This document shows, one piece after another, positions 50,226-60,280 of a DNA stretch of 64,000 bases (positions are counted from its first letter, which is position 1; each line of letters starts with the position of its first letter). Below the pieces are notes generated by a model. It had not been told where the DNA came from. It ran no database searches and saw only the letters and a program-made list of their open reading frames with translations. This DNA is from Bryobacterales bacterium. Lineage in GTDB: Bacteria; Acidobacteriota; Terriglobia; Bryobacterales; Bryobacteraceae. Made by a program: the position numbers and the translations under genes. Location: assembly GCA_963761265.1 (NCBI GenBank), contig CAVXGM010000027.1, forward strand, positions 1,138 to 65,137, read 5' to 3'.

Positions 50226-50900
50226 TCAAACGATTCGCTCCATTAGACTGACCAGTTGTTCTTGGCTGAATACTCCAGATCGACCACTGGCCCAGTCGCG
50301 GTAGCGCCATGCCTTCCGGCCGTCCTCGACGCAATAGAACAGTGGCTGCGAGCGAACCTGCGTCCGTTCGAGCATCTCCCGATTGTACGCGCGGACCTCG
50401 CCTTCGAGGATATAACGGAATCAGGAATTTGTCGGTCGAAAATCTTCCTCGCGTCGATTCGAACGCGATCTGCAGGATGCGTCCATGCGCATTGAGCTGG
50501 ATGCGGTTGGCGCCGGCGTTTCGAAACCTATCTGGATCGTAGGCAGACGGCGTTATTTCGAGCACCGAAGGCGTGAGTACGCGATTGACAGACGCAGTAG
50601 TGCTCGATGCCCTCGGCGCCGGGTGAATGACACTTGGCAGGATCGGGAGGGCACGGATTTTAGTATAGGCGCAGATAAGACGAACATAATATTGTGGGTT
50701 TGCGTAGGTCGGATGGAGTTACGTTGCAACGAATGCGCCGCCCCTGATCCGCACCGGTGCCGGCAGTCGGATCTCGAAGGCACAATGACCGAGATGGAAC
50801 TGAACGGCGATGTTGCCGGCGTGATTTGTCCGCACCTGCTCCATCTTGCGCCGGGATTCTCACGATTAAAGCGCATGGGTGTGCGACACGTGACGGAAGA
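50226..50900 (-). pseudogene. hypothetical gene readable only across several frames
   Basis: Protein-like text is found in three minus frames in succession: MEQVRTNHAGNIAVQFHLGH..., ...ANRIQLNAHGRILQIAFESTRGRF..., ...ILEGEVRAYNREMLERTQVRSQPLFYCVEDGRKAWRYRDW...QEQLVSLMERIV (stop at 50226-50228). Confidence 0.3.
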
Positions 50901-51051
50901 GGCGTGAGGCGATCCGAAGATCCGCGTTATTGATCGACTTGTCACCGGGTGAGATGGGGACGAGCAGTACCTAAGTTGACTTGACGGCGGCTTACAGGAG
51001 CAAGCTCCCGGAACGTCGTGTCCGGCAAGCAGACGGTGCGATACTTCGGAG

Positions 51052-51888
51052 ATGGAAGTAGGGCTCTTTCCCAACCCGCTCAGGCCCGGAATTGGCCTGC
51101 GTCCGCGCCGCGAATCCCAGCGCCCACTTCTGCCACAGCACGCCCGCCACTGTCCCGTGCTCGAAGCCGGAAGCACCGCAGGCTTCCTGGTCCATCCTCC
51201 GCTCGCTGAAAAAGAGAGCTTTCAAATCGGGTATGAGGGGGAGGGCCGTTATCAGTTGATCTACTCGGTGAACGCCAAAGGAAGCAAGTGGGAGCCGATC
51301 TTCAGCGTCACGTATCTGCTGCCGATGGGCGCGATCGGCGCCACGAGACGAGAAATCAAGATGCACATCCAGGACACGCCGCAAACCCGTGAGATCGCCC
51401 AGTTGATGCCTGCTATGTTCATCTCCGAGGATGACATCGGGACACCGGCAGGTGCAGTGACTCTGCGGGGAGCGTGGAACTTTCAGACCCCGCAGGGCTG
51501 GGACACGGTCTACACTCCGGTCTTCAACATGATCGAGCGGCCCTTCGCCCCGATGCTGGTGATCCGCGTCGAGACCGATTGGTACGTTCACGATTCCGAG
51601 TTCCGTTACGTCCTCCAGCCGGGTGAAACGATTTCTGCGTCACATAGCATGCCGATCGGGCAGGTGATCTTTGTGCCGCGAGAGGAGATCACCTTCCGCG
51701 ATGGCGGGGACGAGGAGATCGCGGCGCGACACCAATCCGCTCAAGCCTTCTATGACGAAAAGTCGAGAGTGAAGGTGAAGACGCCATACGGAGTAGAATA
51801 CAGTCCGCATTATCAGACTACGAGCCGCCAGAAGAAGGTGAACACCAAACCGCGTAGCGGGAACCCAGCGGACGATCCCACGGCTTAG
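51052..51888 (+). CDS. conserved hypothetical protein, cupin-like feel (N-terminus uncertain)
   Basis: Well-behaved text from ~HCPVLEAGSTAGFLV to IGQVIFVPREE. No catalytic motif recognised. Confidence 0.5.
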   Translation: MEVGLFPNPLRPGIGLRPRRESQRPLLPQHARHCPVLEAGSTAGFLVHPPLAEKESFQIGYEGEGRYQLIYSVNAKGSKWEPIFSVTYLLPMGAIGATRREIKMHIQDTPQTREIAQLMPAMFISEDDIGTPAGAVTLRGAWNFQTPQGWDTVYTPVFNMIERPFAPMLVIRVETDWYVHDSEFRYVLQPGETISASHSMPIGQVIFVPREEITFRDGGDEEIAARHQSAQAFYDEKSRVKVKTPYGVEYSPHYQTTSRQKKVNTKPRSGNPADDPTA

Positions 51889-51987
51889 AAGCACTCGGTA
51901 GCGATCGCTCTGACGGGGTATCGCCGGAGTCGAATCGTTTCACACAGACAGGCATCAGAATAGACATACGCCTTTAATGGCTTATCC

Positions 51988-53007
51988 ATGAAGACAATTG
52001 GTTTCCTTTCCTTCGGACACTGGACTCCGTCGCCAGGTTCCATGACGCGCTCCGGGTCCGACGCGCTCTTGCAGTCCATTGATCTGGCCGTCGAGGCTGA
52101 AAGATTAGGCGCTGATGGTGCTTACTTCCGTGTCCACCACTTTGCCCGCCAGCTCGCATCACCATTTCCACTCTTGGCTGCCATCGGTGCAAAGACCAAG
52201 CGTATTGAGATAGGCACGGCAGTCATCGATATGCGCTATGAGAATCCGCACTATATGGCCGAGGACGCGGGCGCCACCGATCTGATCTCTGGCGGGCGTC
52301 TCCAACTCGGCATCAGCCGGGGCTCGCCCGAACAGGTGATCGATGGATGGAGCTATTTTGGTTATCGCCGGGTAGACGGTGAAAGCCAGGAGGAAATGGG
52401 AAGGCGCCACGCCAAAGAGTTCCTGGAATTGTTGGACGGCCAGGGATTCGCACAGCCTAACCCGCGCCCCATGTTTCCCAACCCGCCTGGCCTGCTGCGG
52501 CTTGAGCCTTATTCGCCCGGATTGCGAGAGCGGATCTGGTGGGGCGCCGCTTCTAACGCGACAGCGGTATGGGCAGCCAAGCTTGGAATGAACCTGCAAT
52601 CCTCAACCCTCAAGTTTGATGAGAGTGGTGAGCCGCTCCATCTGCAACAGGCCGCGCAGATACGCGCTTTCCGTGCTGCGTGGAAAGAGGCTGGGCATCC
52701 CCGAACGCCGCGTGTTTCGGTCAGCCGCAGCATCTTCGCGCTGACTAATGATCGCGACCGCGTCTATTTCGGACGGGGCGGTGACGAACAAGATCAGATC
52801 GGTTCCATCGATAATGCCCGTGCCGTTTTTGGCCGGAGCTATGCCGCTGAGCCCGATGTGCTCATTGAACAGCTCAGAAAGGACGATGCGATTGCTGAAG
52901 CCGACACTCTCCTGCTGACCGTCCCGAACCAACTGGGCGTTGCCTACAACGTACATGTGTTGGAGGCGATTCTGACCCATGTGGCGCCTGCTCTTGGGTG
53001 GCGTTGA
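51988..53007 (+). CDS. LLM-class (luciferase-like) flavin-dependent oxidoreductase
   Basis: MKTIGFLSFGHW...AE.LGADG.YFRVHHF...RIEIGTAVI.... is family-typical. Confidence 0.85.
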   Translation: MKTIGFLSFGHWTPSPGSMTRSGSDALLQSIDLAVEAERLGADGAYFRVHHFARQLASPFPLLAAIGAKTKRIEIGTAVIDMRYENPHYMAEDAGATDLISGGRLQLGISRGSPEQVIDGWSYFGYRRVDGESQEEMGRRHAKEFLELLDGQGFAQPNPRPMFPNPPGLLRLEPYSPGLRERIWWGAASNATAVWAAKLGMNLQSSTLKFDESGEPLHLQQAAQIRAFRAAWKEAGHPRTPRVSVSRSIFALTNDRDRVYFGRGGDEQDQIGSIDNARAVFGRSYAAEPDVLIEQLRKDDAIAEADTLLLTVPNQLGVAYNVHVLEAILTHVAPALGWR

Positions 53008-53075
53008 CAAGTGCGCTCCTCAATGGGCAAATAGGTTCGCGCTTCGGTTTGCGGCCTCGAACGTGAGTCTGGTAA

Positions 53076-53370
53076 ACTTTCGAGCCAAAGGGGCTGGCCC
53101 GGTTTCGCGACCGCGTCGCGAAGCTCTTCGAAAACCACGGCATGACCAACATCGCCTACTGGGTGACCTCCGGATGCTCCGGCTTCCCAAAACACTTTGA
53201 TCTACGTTCTCGCGCACTCCAGCCGCGAGGCGGCAAAGAAGAACTGGGATGCATTCCGCAACGAGCCTGAATGGCAGAGGGTACGGAACGAAACTGAAGC
53301 CAATGGCAAACTGATTCTTAAGATCGAGTCGGTCTTCATGGACTCGACCGAGTTTTCACGCATGAAGCAG
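53076..53370 (+). pseudogene. NIPSNAP-family protein, frame-broken
   Basis: FEPKGLARFRDRVAKLFENHGMTNIAYWVT in one frame continues as PDAPASQNTLIYVLAHSSREAAKKNWDAFRNEPEWQRV...FS in another (break at ~53170). The N-terminus and stop are also unclear. Confidence 0.45.
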
Positions 53371-53471
53371 CATCCCGCGCGAGTGGGATCTCGTCAGAGT
53401 TTGCGTCACCAGCCGGAAAGACAGCCCGGGTTCCCGATAACCCTGGCCGCTGGAGTCCTTCATAAAGGAGG

Positions 53472-53502
53472 TCGCGCGGCCAAATACGCTTGTGGCCGCG
53501 CG
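53472..53502. terminator. GC-rich hairpin between convergent genes
   Basis: TCGCGCGGCCA (53472-53482) pairs with TGGCCGCGCGA (53492-53502) around a 9-nt loop (AATACGCTT), 27 nt beyond the stop of the minus-strand gene at 53529. Confidence 0.5.
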
Positions 53503-53528
53503 ATTCAGCGTTTTGAGAGGCGGCACGC

Positions 53529-54635
53529 CTACGGAACAACCGTTTCCGCCATGTGCAAAGAGTTGCTATTGTCGTCCACCCAGGCCATCTGAATGGTGCC
53601 CCATCCGATACTATTCACGGCGACACCAAACGCGCCGCCGTTATTCGGATCGACGGGCATTTGGCCGACAAAGGCACCGGTTGAGGTGTACTCCACCAGT
53701 TCGCTGGGCTGATTTGGGTCTACATTGGACCCGTCGCTGTTGGCGATCACCAGGTGGCCATTCGGCAGGATCGCGATATCCAGTGGACCATGCAGGTGCG
53801 CGGTGTCCTGAATGAACAGCGAGGCGGTCTGTGCGCTCGTGGCAGTAGCAGCGTTCGGAATCTCGTATACCGCATTGTCAGTTGATGAGGCAACCAGCAA
53901 CATGTTGCTGGAGGCGATATACGCAAGCCCAGAGGGGCCCAGGACCAGGGCTGCCGGATCGGTCCGATGACTGAAGCCCTGCGCCAGCGCAATGGCAGTG
54001 TTGGTCAAGCTGCCCGGCGAGTAGGAGATATCGAACCGTGAAATTTCACCGCTCAATACATTTGAGACAAACACATGAGCCGTGCCGGTTCCGTTCGAGC
54101 CGAGATCTTCCACTGCCATTCCCCAGGGACCATCGACGGTGGACAATGTCCCGATCGTTCCCAAAAAATTGCCGAAGCGATCCAAAACCGCCAGGGCCCC
54201 GGCGCCTATCGTCGCCGACGTTCCATCCGCGGTAGGAAGGTCACCGGCCAACACCATGCCATTGGAAAGAATTCCTAAGGCTGCGGTGAGTCCGATGCGC
54301 GGAGACGCGCTGGTATAGAAGGTTGATACCCCGCCGCCCTTGCTGAGGCGCACGATGGTGGTTCCCGTGCCCTGGAGGTTCTCGTTGTTGTTGAAGTTGG
54401 ATACCAGAATGTCGCCGGGTTGAAGCCCGCCGCCCGCCTGCAAAGTCTTCGGCACGATCACGACACCATAAGGATTTACGTCGCCTTTGGACGGAACCGT
54501 CGAAACGCTGGGTGGCGGAAGAGGAAGGATGCCTTGCGTCGTTTGCGCATACGCAGCGCCGGCGGCTAGTAAAGCGAGTGCACCGGCGCTGAACGCGGCG
54601 ACGGCGAAAGACGGTAGACACACGAATAGTTTCAT
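53529..54635 (-). CDS. secreted beta-propeller-like hypothetical protein
   Basis: Signal peptide, Gly/Thr/Asn-rich repeated blades (NPYGVVIV, GDILVSNF, GPWGMAVED, GHLVIANS). Confidence 0.6.
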   Translation of the reverse strand: MKLFVCLPSFAVAAFSAGALALLAAGAAYAQTTQGILPLPPPSVSTVPSKGDVNPYGVVIVPKTLQAGGGLQPGDILVSNFNNNENLQGTGTTIVRLSKGGGVSTFYTSASPRIGLTAALGILSNGMVLAGDLPTADGTSATIGAGALAVLDRFGNFLGTIGTLSTVDGPWGMAVEDLGSNGTGTAHVFVSNVLSGEISRFDISYSPGSLTNTAIALAQGFSHRTDPAALVLGPSGLAYIASSNMLLVASSTDNAVYEIPNAATATSAQTASLFIQDTAHLHGPLDIAILPNGHLVIANSDGSNVDPNQPSELVEYTSTGAFVGQMPVDPNNGGAFGVAVNSIGWGTIQMAWVDDNSNSLHMAETVVP

Positions 54636-54668
54636 GGTTGGTTTGCTCCTGCAGGTTGTGATTAGTGC

Positions 54669-55286
54669 TTAATTGGATGCCGCGGCGGCGCGATGCTTCT
54701 TCCGCAGCGAAAGGAATGCGATCGCGGCGAATCCGAATCCGAGCGGGAGAAGGAGGCCGGGTTCGGGCGTCGCGGTTACGGCGATGTTGTCGACCGCGAA
54801 ATCCATGGCCGTCGAAGAGATGACGATGTTGTTAAACGGAGATCCGTTGAATTCGATTTGACCTTCCGGGAACGTAAATCCCCCGGGAACCGTACCCGTA
54901 GTTTCGACGGAACCTACGAGTTGCGAGTTCTGATACGCGGTGAGCGTCAGCGGAGAGGGGGAGCCGAAATCGCTGGTGGCGAAGCCCAGGCTGATGGAAC
55001 TCAGCTCCTGGCTGAACGCGACATCTAGCGCGAGGTTGTCCTGTCCCGACGGACCTGGATCACCCAATACGTTTCCGGTGAGCGTCTCGAAAAAACTGGG
55101 ATAAACCACAAAGCCACCGGGATCTGCCGAGCTCGAAAACGTTGCGCTGAGACCATCCATCGTGTCGGTGAAGGTAGTGGACGTGCCCAAATTGTCGGCA
55201 TCGAAATTGAAGACGGTGGAAGCGTTTGCCGCCAGGCTAACGGCGCACACGGCGACTGCCAGTTGCAGAATACGTCTTTGAATCAT
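54669..55286 (-). CDS. PEP-CTERM sorting-domain protein
   Basis: Signal peptide. C-terminal TPEPG + hydrophobic stretch + RKKHR. Confidence 0.8.
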   Translation of the reverse strand: MIQRRILQLAVAVCAVSLAANASTVFNFDADNLGTSTTFTDTMDGLSATFSSSADPGGFVVYPSFFETLTGNVLGDPGPSGQDNLALDVAFSQELSSISLGFATSDFGSPSPLTLTAYQNSQLVGSVETTGTVPGGFTFPEGQIEFNGSPFNNIVISSTAMDFAVDNIAVTATPEPGLLLPLGFGFAAIAFLSLRKKHRAAAASN

Positions 55287-55407
55287 GGAAAACTCCTTTT
55301 GTCATTGGGGTAAGCGACGCCTGATCCGAAATTCCCTCACGATCGGCTAAAGATTGGCGGAGAATATCGCCCGCGCGCAGATAAGCAACATGGCGATGCA
55401 ATCTGGA

Positions 55408-58260
55408 TTACCATGCCGGCGTAAACTCGGCCAGGCGAAGATAGGATTGGCGCCGGAATGCAGGCCGGGGATTCTCCTGAAGGCCCGCCTGGCTTTGGGC
55501 GATGAATTGCTCCGCCTCCTGTTTGCGACCTAAGGCCCGCAGGCAAGCGCCCAGAGCGCTTTCCGGCTCGGCGATTTGCCACGCCGGAAGTCGAAACTTC
55601 GCCGCATGTGCTGAGTCAACGGCTTGCCGGAGGATCGTCTCCGCTAGCGCTTCTTTGCCCTCCGCTATAAGCGCTTCACCAAGACGTGTCTGGACGAAGA
55701 TGATGGCGGGATGGCCAGGGCGAAATGCTTCCTGGCGAATCTTGAGAGCTTGCCGCAAAAGCGGCTCGGCACCGTGCGGATCATGCTGGAAGAGGCGATC
55801 CTGGGCCAGTTCGATCAGGCCGGTCGCGAAAAGCGGAGTACTTTCGCTGCCCAGCGCCCGGAAGCGATCCAGAGACAGTCGAGCCAGGCGCTCCGCCTCG
55901 GCGTAACCTCCGCTGTCGAGTTCGAGCATCGAGAGATTCAGGTTGATCTGCGCCCAAGTCCAGCCGGAGGATTGGTGGAGCCGGCGCAGGATGTCGAGCC
56001 CATGCCGGAACTCCTGTCTGGCCGCGGGAAATTCCCGCTCAGCTTCCAGAATGCGACCCAATCCGTTATAGGATCCAGCCACCAGGGGATGGCTGTCGCC
56101 CAATTGGCGCCGGGTCAGGGCCAGCGTTTCGCGCGCGTACGGCTCGGCGGCTTCCCATTCGCCCTTGTTCAATAGCACGAACGCCAGATTGTTCAAGCTG
56201 TAGTGCAGATCCGGGTGATTGTTGCCGAGGATCTTCCGGCGGATGGCAAGCGCTTCCCTAAGTTTCGTCTCGGCGGTGTCGAGATCCCCGACATCGATAA
56301 AGGCGCTCGCCAGATTGCTCAACGCAATAGCGTAATCGGGATCGTCCGTGCCGGTGGCGCGCCGGTCGATCTCGGTAGCCTCGCGAAGCAATTCGATTGC
56401 TTCGGGATATTCTCCTTTTCGCTCCAGCACAAGAGCCAGATAGTTCCGCGTTTCCGCGCCAAGGTTCGTCCCGTGACGCTGATCGATCGCGAGCGACTGG
56501 CGCAAGGTGCTTTCCGCTTCAGCGTCTTCGTTGAGCAGGTAGAGACACTCTCCCAGATGGCTCAGGGACGCCGCAACGTCGAGACTGTCTTTTCCCAGGG
56601 CCCGGCGGCGAATCGCGACCACGCGGCTAAAGAGCGGTTCGGCCTTCTGGTAATTGCCCTGGAGGCGGATTACCGTGGCGAGCAAGTCGAGCGCGCCGGC
56701 CGTTGCGAGACTGTCCGGTCCATCGATTTTGCTTCGCAAGTTGTAAGCTTGCGTGGCGAGATTCTCGGCCTGATCCAAAACCTCGAGGCTTTCGTACGCG
56801 CCAGCGATATTTTCGAGCAGCGACGCGCGCACTTCGGGCTCGGAGCTGAACTCCGTGTTGACGCGCTGCGAGCCCCGGTCGAGAAGGTCTCGCGCGGTAA
56901 TGGTGGTCCCGCGTGCCTTCTGCGGAGTGGACGCCTGAAACATGTCCGACAGAAACTGCGCCTGGCGTTGAGCGATCTCCTGTTCGCGCCGGGCGCGCCG
57001 GGCGAAAACTCCCATCGCGGTACTGAAGCCGATCAGGGCCAGCAACATAAAGACGCCCGCCGCAACGCCCCAGGTGTGCCGCCGAACAAACTTGCGCGAG
57101 CGGTAGGCCCAGTGGTCGGTTCGCGCGATCAGCGGATAGCCGTCCAGGTATGCCCGCACGTCGGCGGACATTTGTGCCACCGATGCGTAGCGGCGGCCGG
57201 GCTCCTTGCGCATGGCCATGAGGACGATATTGTCCAAATCGCCTTTCAGCTTGCGGGCCTCCGCGGGCCGGCCCGCGGACGAAACTGCGGCACTGGGGAG
57301 CTCCGGCTCACGCTCGCAGATCATAAGCGCGAGCTCGATCGGGCTCTTGGTTCCAGCCGCGAAAGGGCGCCGGCCGGTTAGCATTTCGTATAACAGCACG
57401 CCCAGGCCGTAAACGTCGGTAGAAGTGGTCACCGGCGCCCCGCGAATCTGCTCCGGGCTCGCATATTCGGGTGTCATCAGATGCTCGGTGGTTCTGGTCC
57501 GCGCGTTCGTTTCGGCATCCAATTCGGCAGTCAGCAGCTTGGCGATTCCGAAGTCGAGCAGCTTGGGAACGCCGGAGGCGGATACCAGAATATTCGCGGG
57601 CTTGATGTCCCGGTGCACCACCAGATTGTTGTGTGCGTACTCCACCGCGGCGCATACGACAAGGAACAGACGCAGGCGATCATCCGCGGAAAGCTTGCGT
57701 TCCAGGCAGAATTCGTCGAGGGTGACGCCATCGACGTATTCCATGACCAGATACGGCGCGCCTTGAGACGCGGGGCCGCCCCCCAAGGAGGTGACACCGC
57801 CATCCAGGAGGCGCGCGATGTTGGGGTGATCGAGATTGGCCAGGATTTGGCGCTCGGCACGGAAGCGCGCCTGCATGGAGGCGCTGTTCTCCAGCAAGGC
57901 ATGCATCACCTTGATGGCGACTTGCCGCTCATAGTGCTCGTCGGCCCGCGCGGCCAAAAAGACGGTCCCCATGCCGCCCGCTCCGAGCTCTCGCAGGATC
58001 TCGTAGGGGCCAATCCGGTGTCCGGCGAGTCCCGGCTTCCCGGCTAGTTCTCGCGCGGTCTCTTGAATGGGATCGGCGAGAAATCCGAGCGTCGCGCCGG
58101 CCGATTGCAACAACGACTCCACTTCGCAGCGGAGCTCTGAATCGGCGCCGCACGCCGAGTCGAGATATCCCGGCCGCAGTTCCGGCGCCAGGTCCGCGGC
58201 AGTTTGGAAAACCGCCTCGACTGTTTTCCAGCGATCGGCGCGCCGTTCCGGAGTGTCCAT
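55408..58260 (-). CDS. Ser/Thr protein kinase with TM and TPR repeats
   Basis: GAGGMGTVF, HRDIKPANILV, DFGIAK, SPEQ, then many TPR-like units. I prefer the MDTPERRADRW start at 58260; the track ORF opens at 58311. Confidence 0.9.
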   Translation of the reverse strand: MDTPERRADRWKTVEAVFQTAADLAPELRPGYLDSACGADSELRCEVESLLQSAGATLGFLADPIQETARELAGKPGLAGHRIGPYEILRELGAGGMGTVFLAARADEHYERQVAIKVMHALLENSASMQARFRAERQILANLDHPNIARLLDGGVTSLGGGPASQGAPYLVMEYVDGVTLDEFCLERKLSADDRLRLFLVVCAAVEYAHNNLVVHRDIKPANILVSASGVPKLLDFGIAKLLTAELDAETNARTRTTEHLMTPEYASPEQIRGAPVTTSTDVYGLGVLLYEMLTGRRPFAAGTKSPIELALMICEREPELPSAAVSSAGRPAEARKLKGDLDNIVLMAMRKEPGRRYASVAQMSADVRAYLDGYPLIARTDHWAYRSRKFVRRHTWGVAAGVFMLLALIGFSTAMGVFARRARREQEIAQRQAQFLSDMFQASTPQKARGTTITARDLLDRGSQRVNTEFSSEPEVRASLLENIAGAYESLEVLDQAENLATQAYNLRSKIDGPDSLATAGALDLLATVIRLQGNYQKAEPLFSRVVAIRRRALGKDSLDVAASLSHLGECLYLLNEDAEAESTLRQSLAIDQRHGTNLGAETRNYLALVLERKGEYPEAIELLREATEIDRRATGTDDPDYAIALSNLASAFIDVGDLDTAETKLREALAIRRKILGNNHPDLHYSLNNLAFVLLNKGEWEAAEPYARETLALTRRQLGDSHPLVAGSYNGLGRILEAEREFPAARQEFRHGLDILRRLHQSSGWTWAQINLNLSMLELDSGGYAEAERLARLSLDRFRALGSESTPLFATGLIELAQDRLFQHDPHGAEPLLRQALKIRQEAFRPGHPAIIFVQTRLGEALIAEGKEALAETILRQAVDSAHAAKFRLPAWQIAEPESALGACLRALGRKQEAEQFIAQSQAGLQENPRPAFRRQSYLRLAEFTPAW

Positions 58261-58271
58261 GTCGAAGCGCC

Positions 58272-58844
58272 CTAAGGAGAGCTCTGCGTCGTGAGCTCCC
58301 GATGCAGCCATGCTTTCGCCAAACGCAGTTCGCGATGCACGGTAGCCTGCGAAATGTCCAGGGCCGCCGCGGTCTCTTCGTACGTCATGCCGCCGAAGAA
58401 CAGCATTTCGATCAGCGCGCTCTTGCGCTCATCCTGCGCGGCCAGGCGATCCAGGGCTTCATCCAGCTCAACCACTGCTGGCGGCGCCTCGGGGCCGACG
58501 ATTACGGCTCGGTCGAGCGGAATCCGGTCTGCGCCTCCCCCTCTTTTCCGGCGATTGTTGGCTTTGGCATGATCCACCAGAATCCGCCGCATGACGCGCG
58601 CCGCGACGGCATAGAAATGCGCCCGATCTTCCCAGGGAATGTCCGCCTGCACCAGGCGGAGATAGGCTTCATGAACCAGCGCGGTAGCAGGCAGCGTGTG
58701 CCCGGGGCGCTCGGAACGCAAGCAGCGCCACGCCAGCTTATGGAGCTGCTCGTAGACCACGGGCATCAGTTGATCGAAGGCGGTTTTATCGCCGCGGCTC
58801 AAATCGTGCAAAAGGGCTGTAACGGCTCGCTGCTCGGGCGGCAT
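58272..58844 (-). CDS. ECF-type sigma factor, paralog of 6308..6865
   Basis: TALLHDLSRGDKTAFDQLMPVVYEQLHKLA and region-4 text, colinear with the sigma at 6308. Confidence 0.9.
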   Translation of the reverse strand: MPPEQRAVTALLHDLSRGDKTAFDQLMPVVYEQLHKLAWRCLRSERPGHTLPATALVHEAYLRLVQADIPWEDRAHFYAVAARVMRRILVDHAKANNRRKRGGGADRIPLDRAVIVGPEAPPAVVELDEALDRLAAQDERKSALIEMLFFGGMTYEETAAALDISQATVHRELRLAKAWLHRELTTQSSP

Positions 58845-59046
58845 GCGTGAATTCTTTAATCCTCGGAGAGGTGCTCTCCGTATCGGATTTTACCAAGGCC
58901 ATGGGCGGCCGAGGCGACTTCAGGCAAGGTCGCTCGGGCGACCCGGCCCAAGTATGCCGCTTGGCAAACCGTCCACTGCTAGCCACACAGTTGTGTACCT
59001 TCGGCCAGAATGACTTCGGCTAGGATGAACGTCGCCGGTGAACGCT

Positions 59047-59373
59047 TCAGAAGCGATACTTCAGCGCGAACTGAAGGTTTCGTGCGCCGAGCGAACTATT
59101 GATCACGCCAGTCGGTATGCTGGCGGTGTAAGTGGGATCGACGCCGTACTTGCTGGGATCAATTCCGCCGCCGGGATACACGTCGGTCGAATATCCGTTT
59201 ACCGCGAAGATCGGGCTGTTGAAGGTATTGATGGCTTCGAATTTGAATTCCAGGGACTGCCGCTCTGTGATCGCGAAGACCTTGGACAGCGCCATGTCCA
59301 CCTGCTTGATTCCAGGGCCGCGTTCGGTGGAGATGCCGCAGGTTCCAAGCTGCCCCGGCCCGGGGATGGACAT
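59047..59373 (-). pseudogene. C-terminal fragment of a TonB-dependent / outer-membrane beta-barrel protein
   Basis: ITERQSLEFKFEAINTFNSPIF ... ARNLQFALKYRF-stop is a typical barrel C-terminus with a terminal Phe. Nothing of the ~900 aa that should precede it is present. Confidence 0.55.
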
Positions 59374-59384
59374 GGTTAGCGCAC

Positions 59385-59719
59385 TGCCGTTGCGCGGGCG
59401 GGCTTTGGACGACGGGTTCGCGGACCTGGAGCGCGACGCGGATGGCCGCGCGCGCTTTTCGCTTGAAGCGCGGGGCCGGGCGATCGGGATTTCGTTTGGG
59501 CCGAAATATCGCGCGGCGACTATCTATTTGCCCTCGCCTCCGCCCGAGGGGAGCGCGAAATTTATCTGCATTGAGCCGCTGGCAGCGATTATCAGTGGTA
59601 TCAATCTGGCGCACCGAGGCAGATATGCCGATTTGCAATACGTGCCGTCGGGCGGTGTGTGGAGCGAGAGTTTCTGGGTACGAACTCGTGCCTTCGGCCC
59701 GAAGTCGTGGCCTGGATAG
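59385..59719 (+). pseudogene. C-terminal fragment of an aldose 1-epimerase-family protein
   Basis: LDDGFADL...ISFGPKYRAATIYLP....KFICIEP......NL.....L..VPSGGVWSESFWV. The N-terminal two-thirds are absent. Confidence 0.5.
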
Positions 59720-60280
59720 AGTGGGACCAGATTAAGTTTGGCGCACGCATGGGCGCAAGTGATGCCCGCCGTCTGGTACAGCTTCAAGCTGTCTGGAACA
59801 TACCATGAAGATCCCAAACGGGGCCACAAAACCGGAACTTTCTACTTTGGTGGAGACCGGAACTCTCTACATTGGCCCGACACCCGGTTCTTAAGACCAA
59901 TCGAAAGCTCGTTGTTGACCTCGCCGATCCCGCGCTCCCGCGAGCAACTCGCGATGAGTCGCGAGAAAGCGCAACAGAATCGAAAACTTCGGAGCCCGCC
60001 TCCGGCTCGTGCCAATATTTGACCCGTGGATGCCGCCATGATCGGATTGGACGCGCCGCGTTGAAGCGACTTTGGGCCGAGTACGAATCTGCACTGAGGC
60101 GCGTCGCCAGCAGCAATAGGGACAAACGCCGCCCGCCCACAGCCGAATGGCCGCCGATAATGCGCGATGTCGTTTCCTTGCATTACCAGGTTTTTCGCCA
60201 TGCCGAAGTTGAACGAGGAGATTGCTCGAGAAACCGTTCCGGGAAACGACCTGATATGATTTTCTCGTCCAGAAGCGGCT

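Noticed and set aside
59720-60280. Several 90-190-aa ORFs on both strands
   Set aside because: None has recognisable motifs or sensible composition. I could not assemble a protein even when allowing frame changes, so I treat it as non-coding or fully decayed sequence next to the breakpoint.
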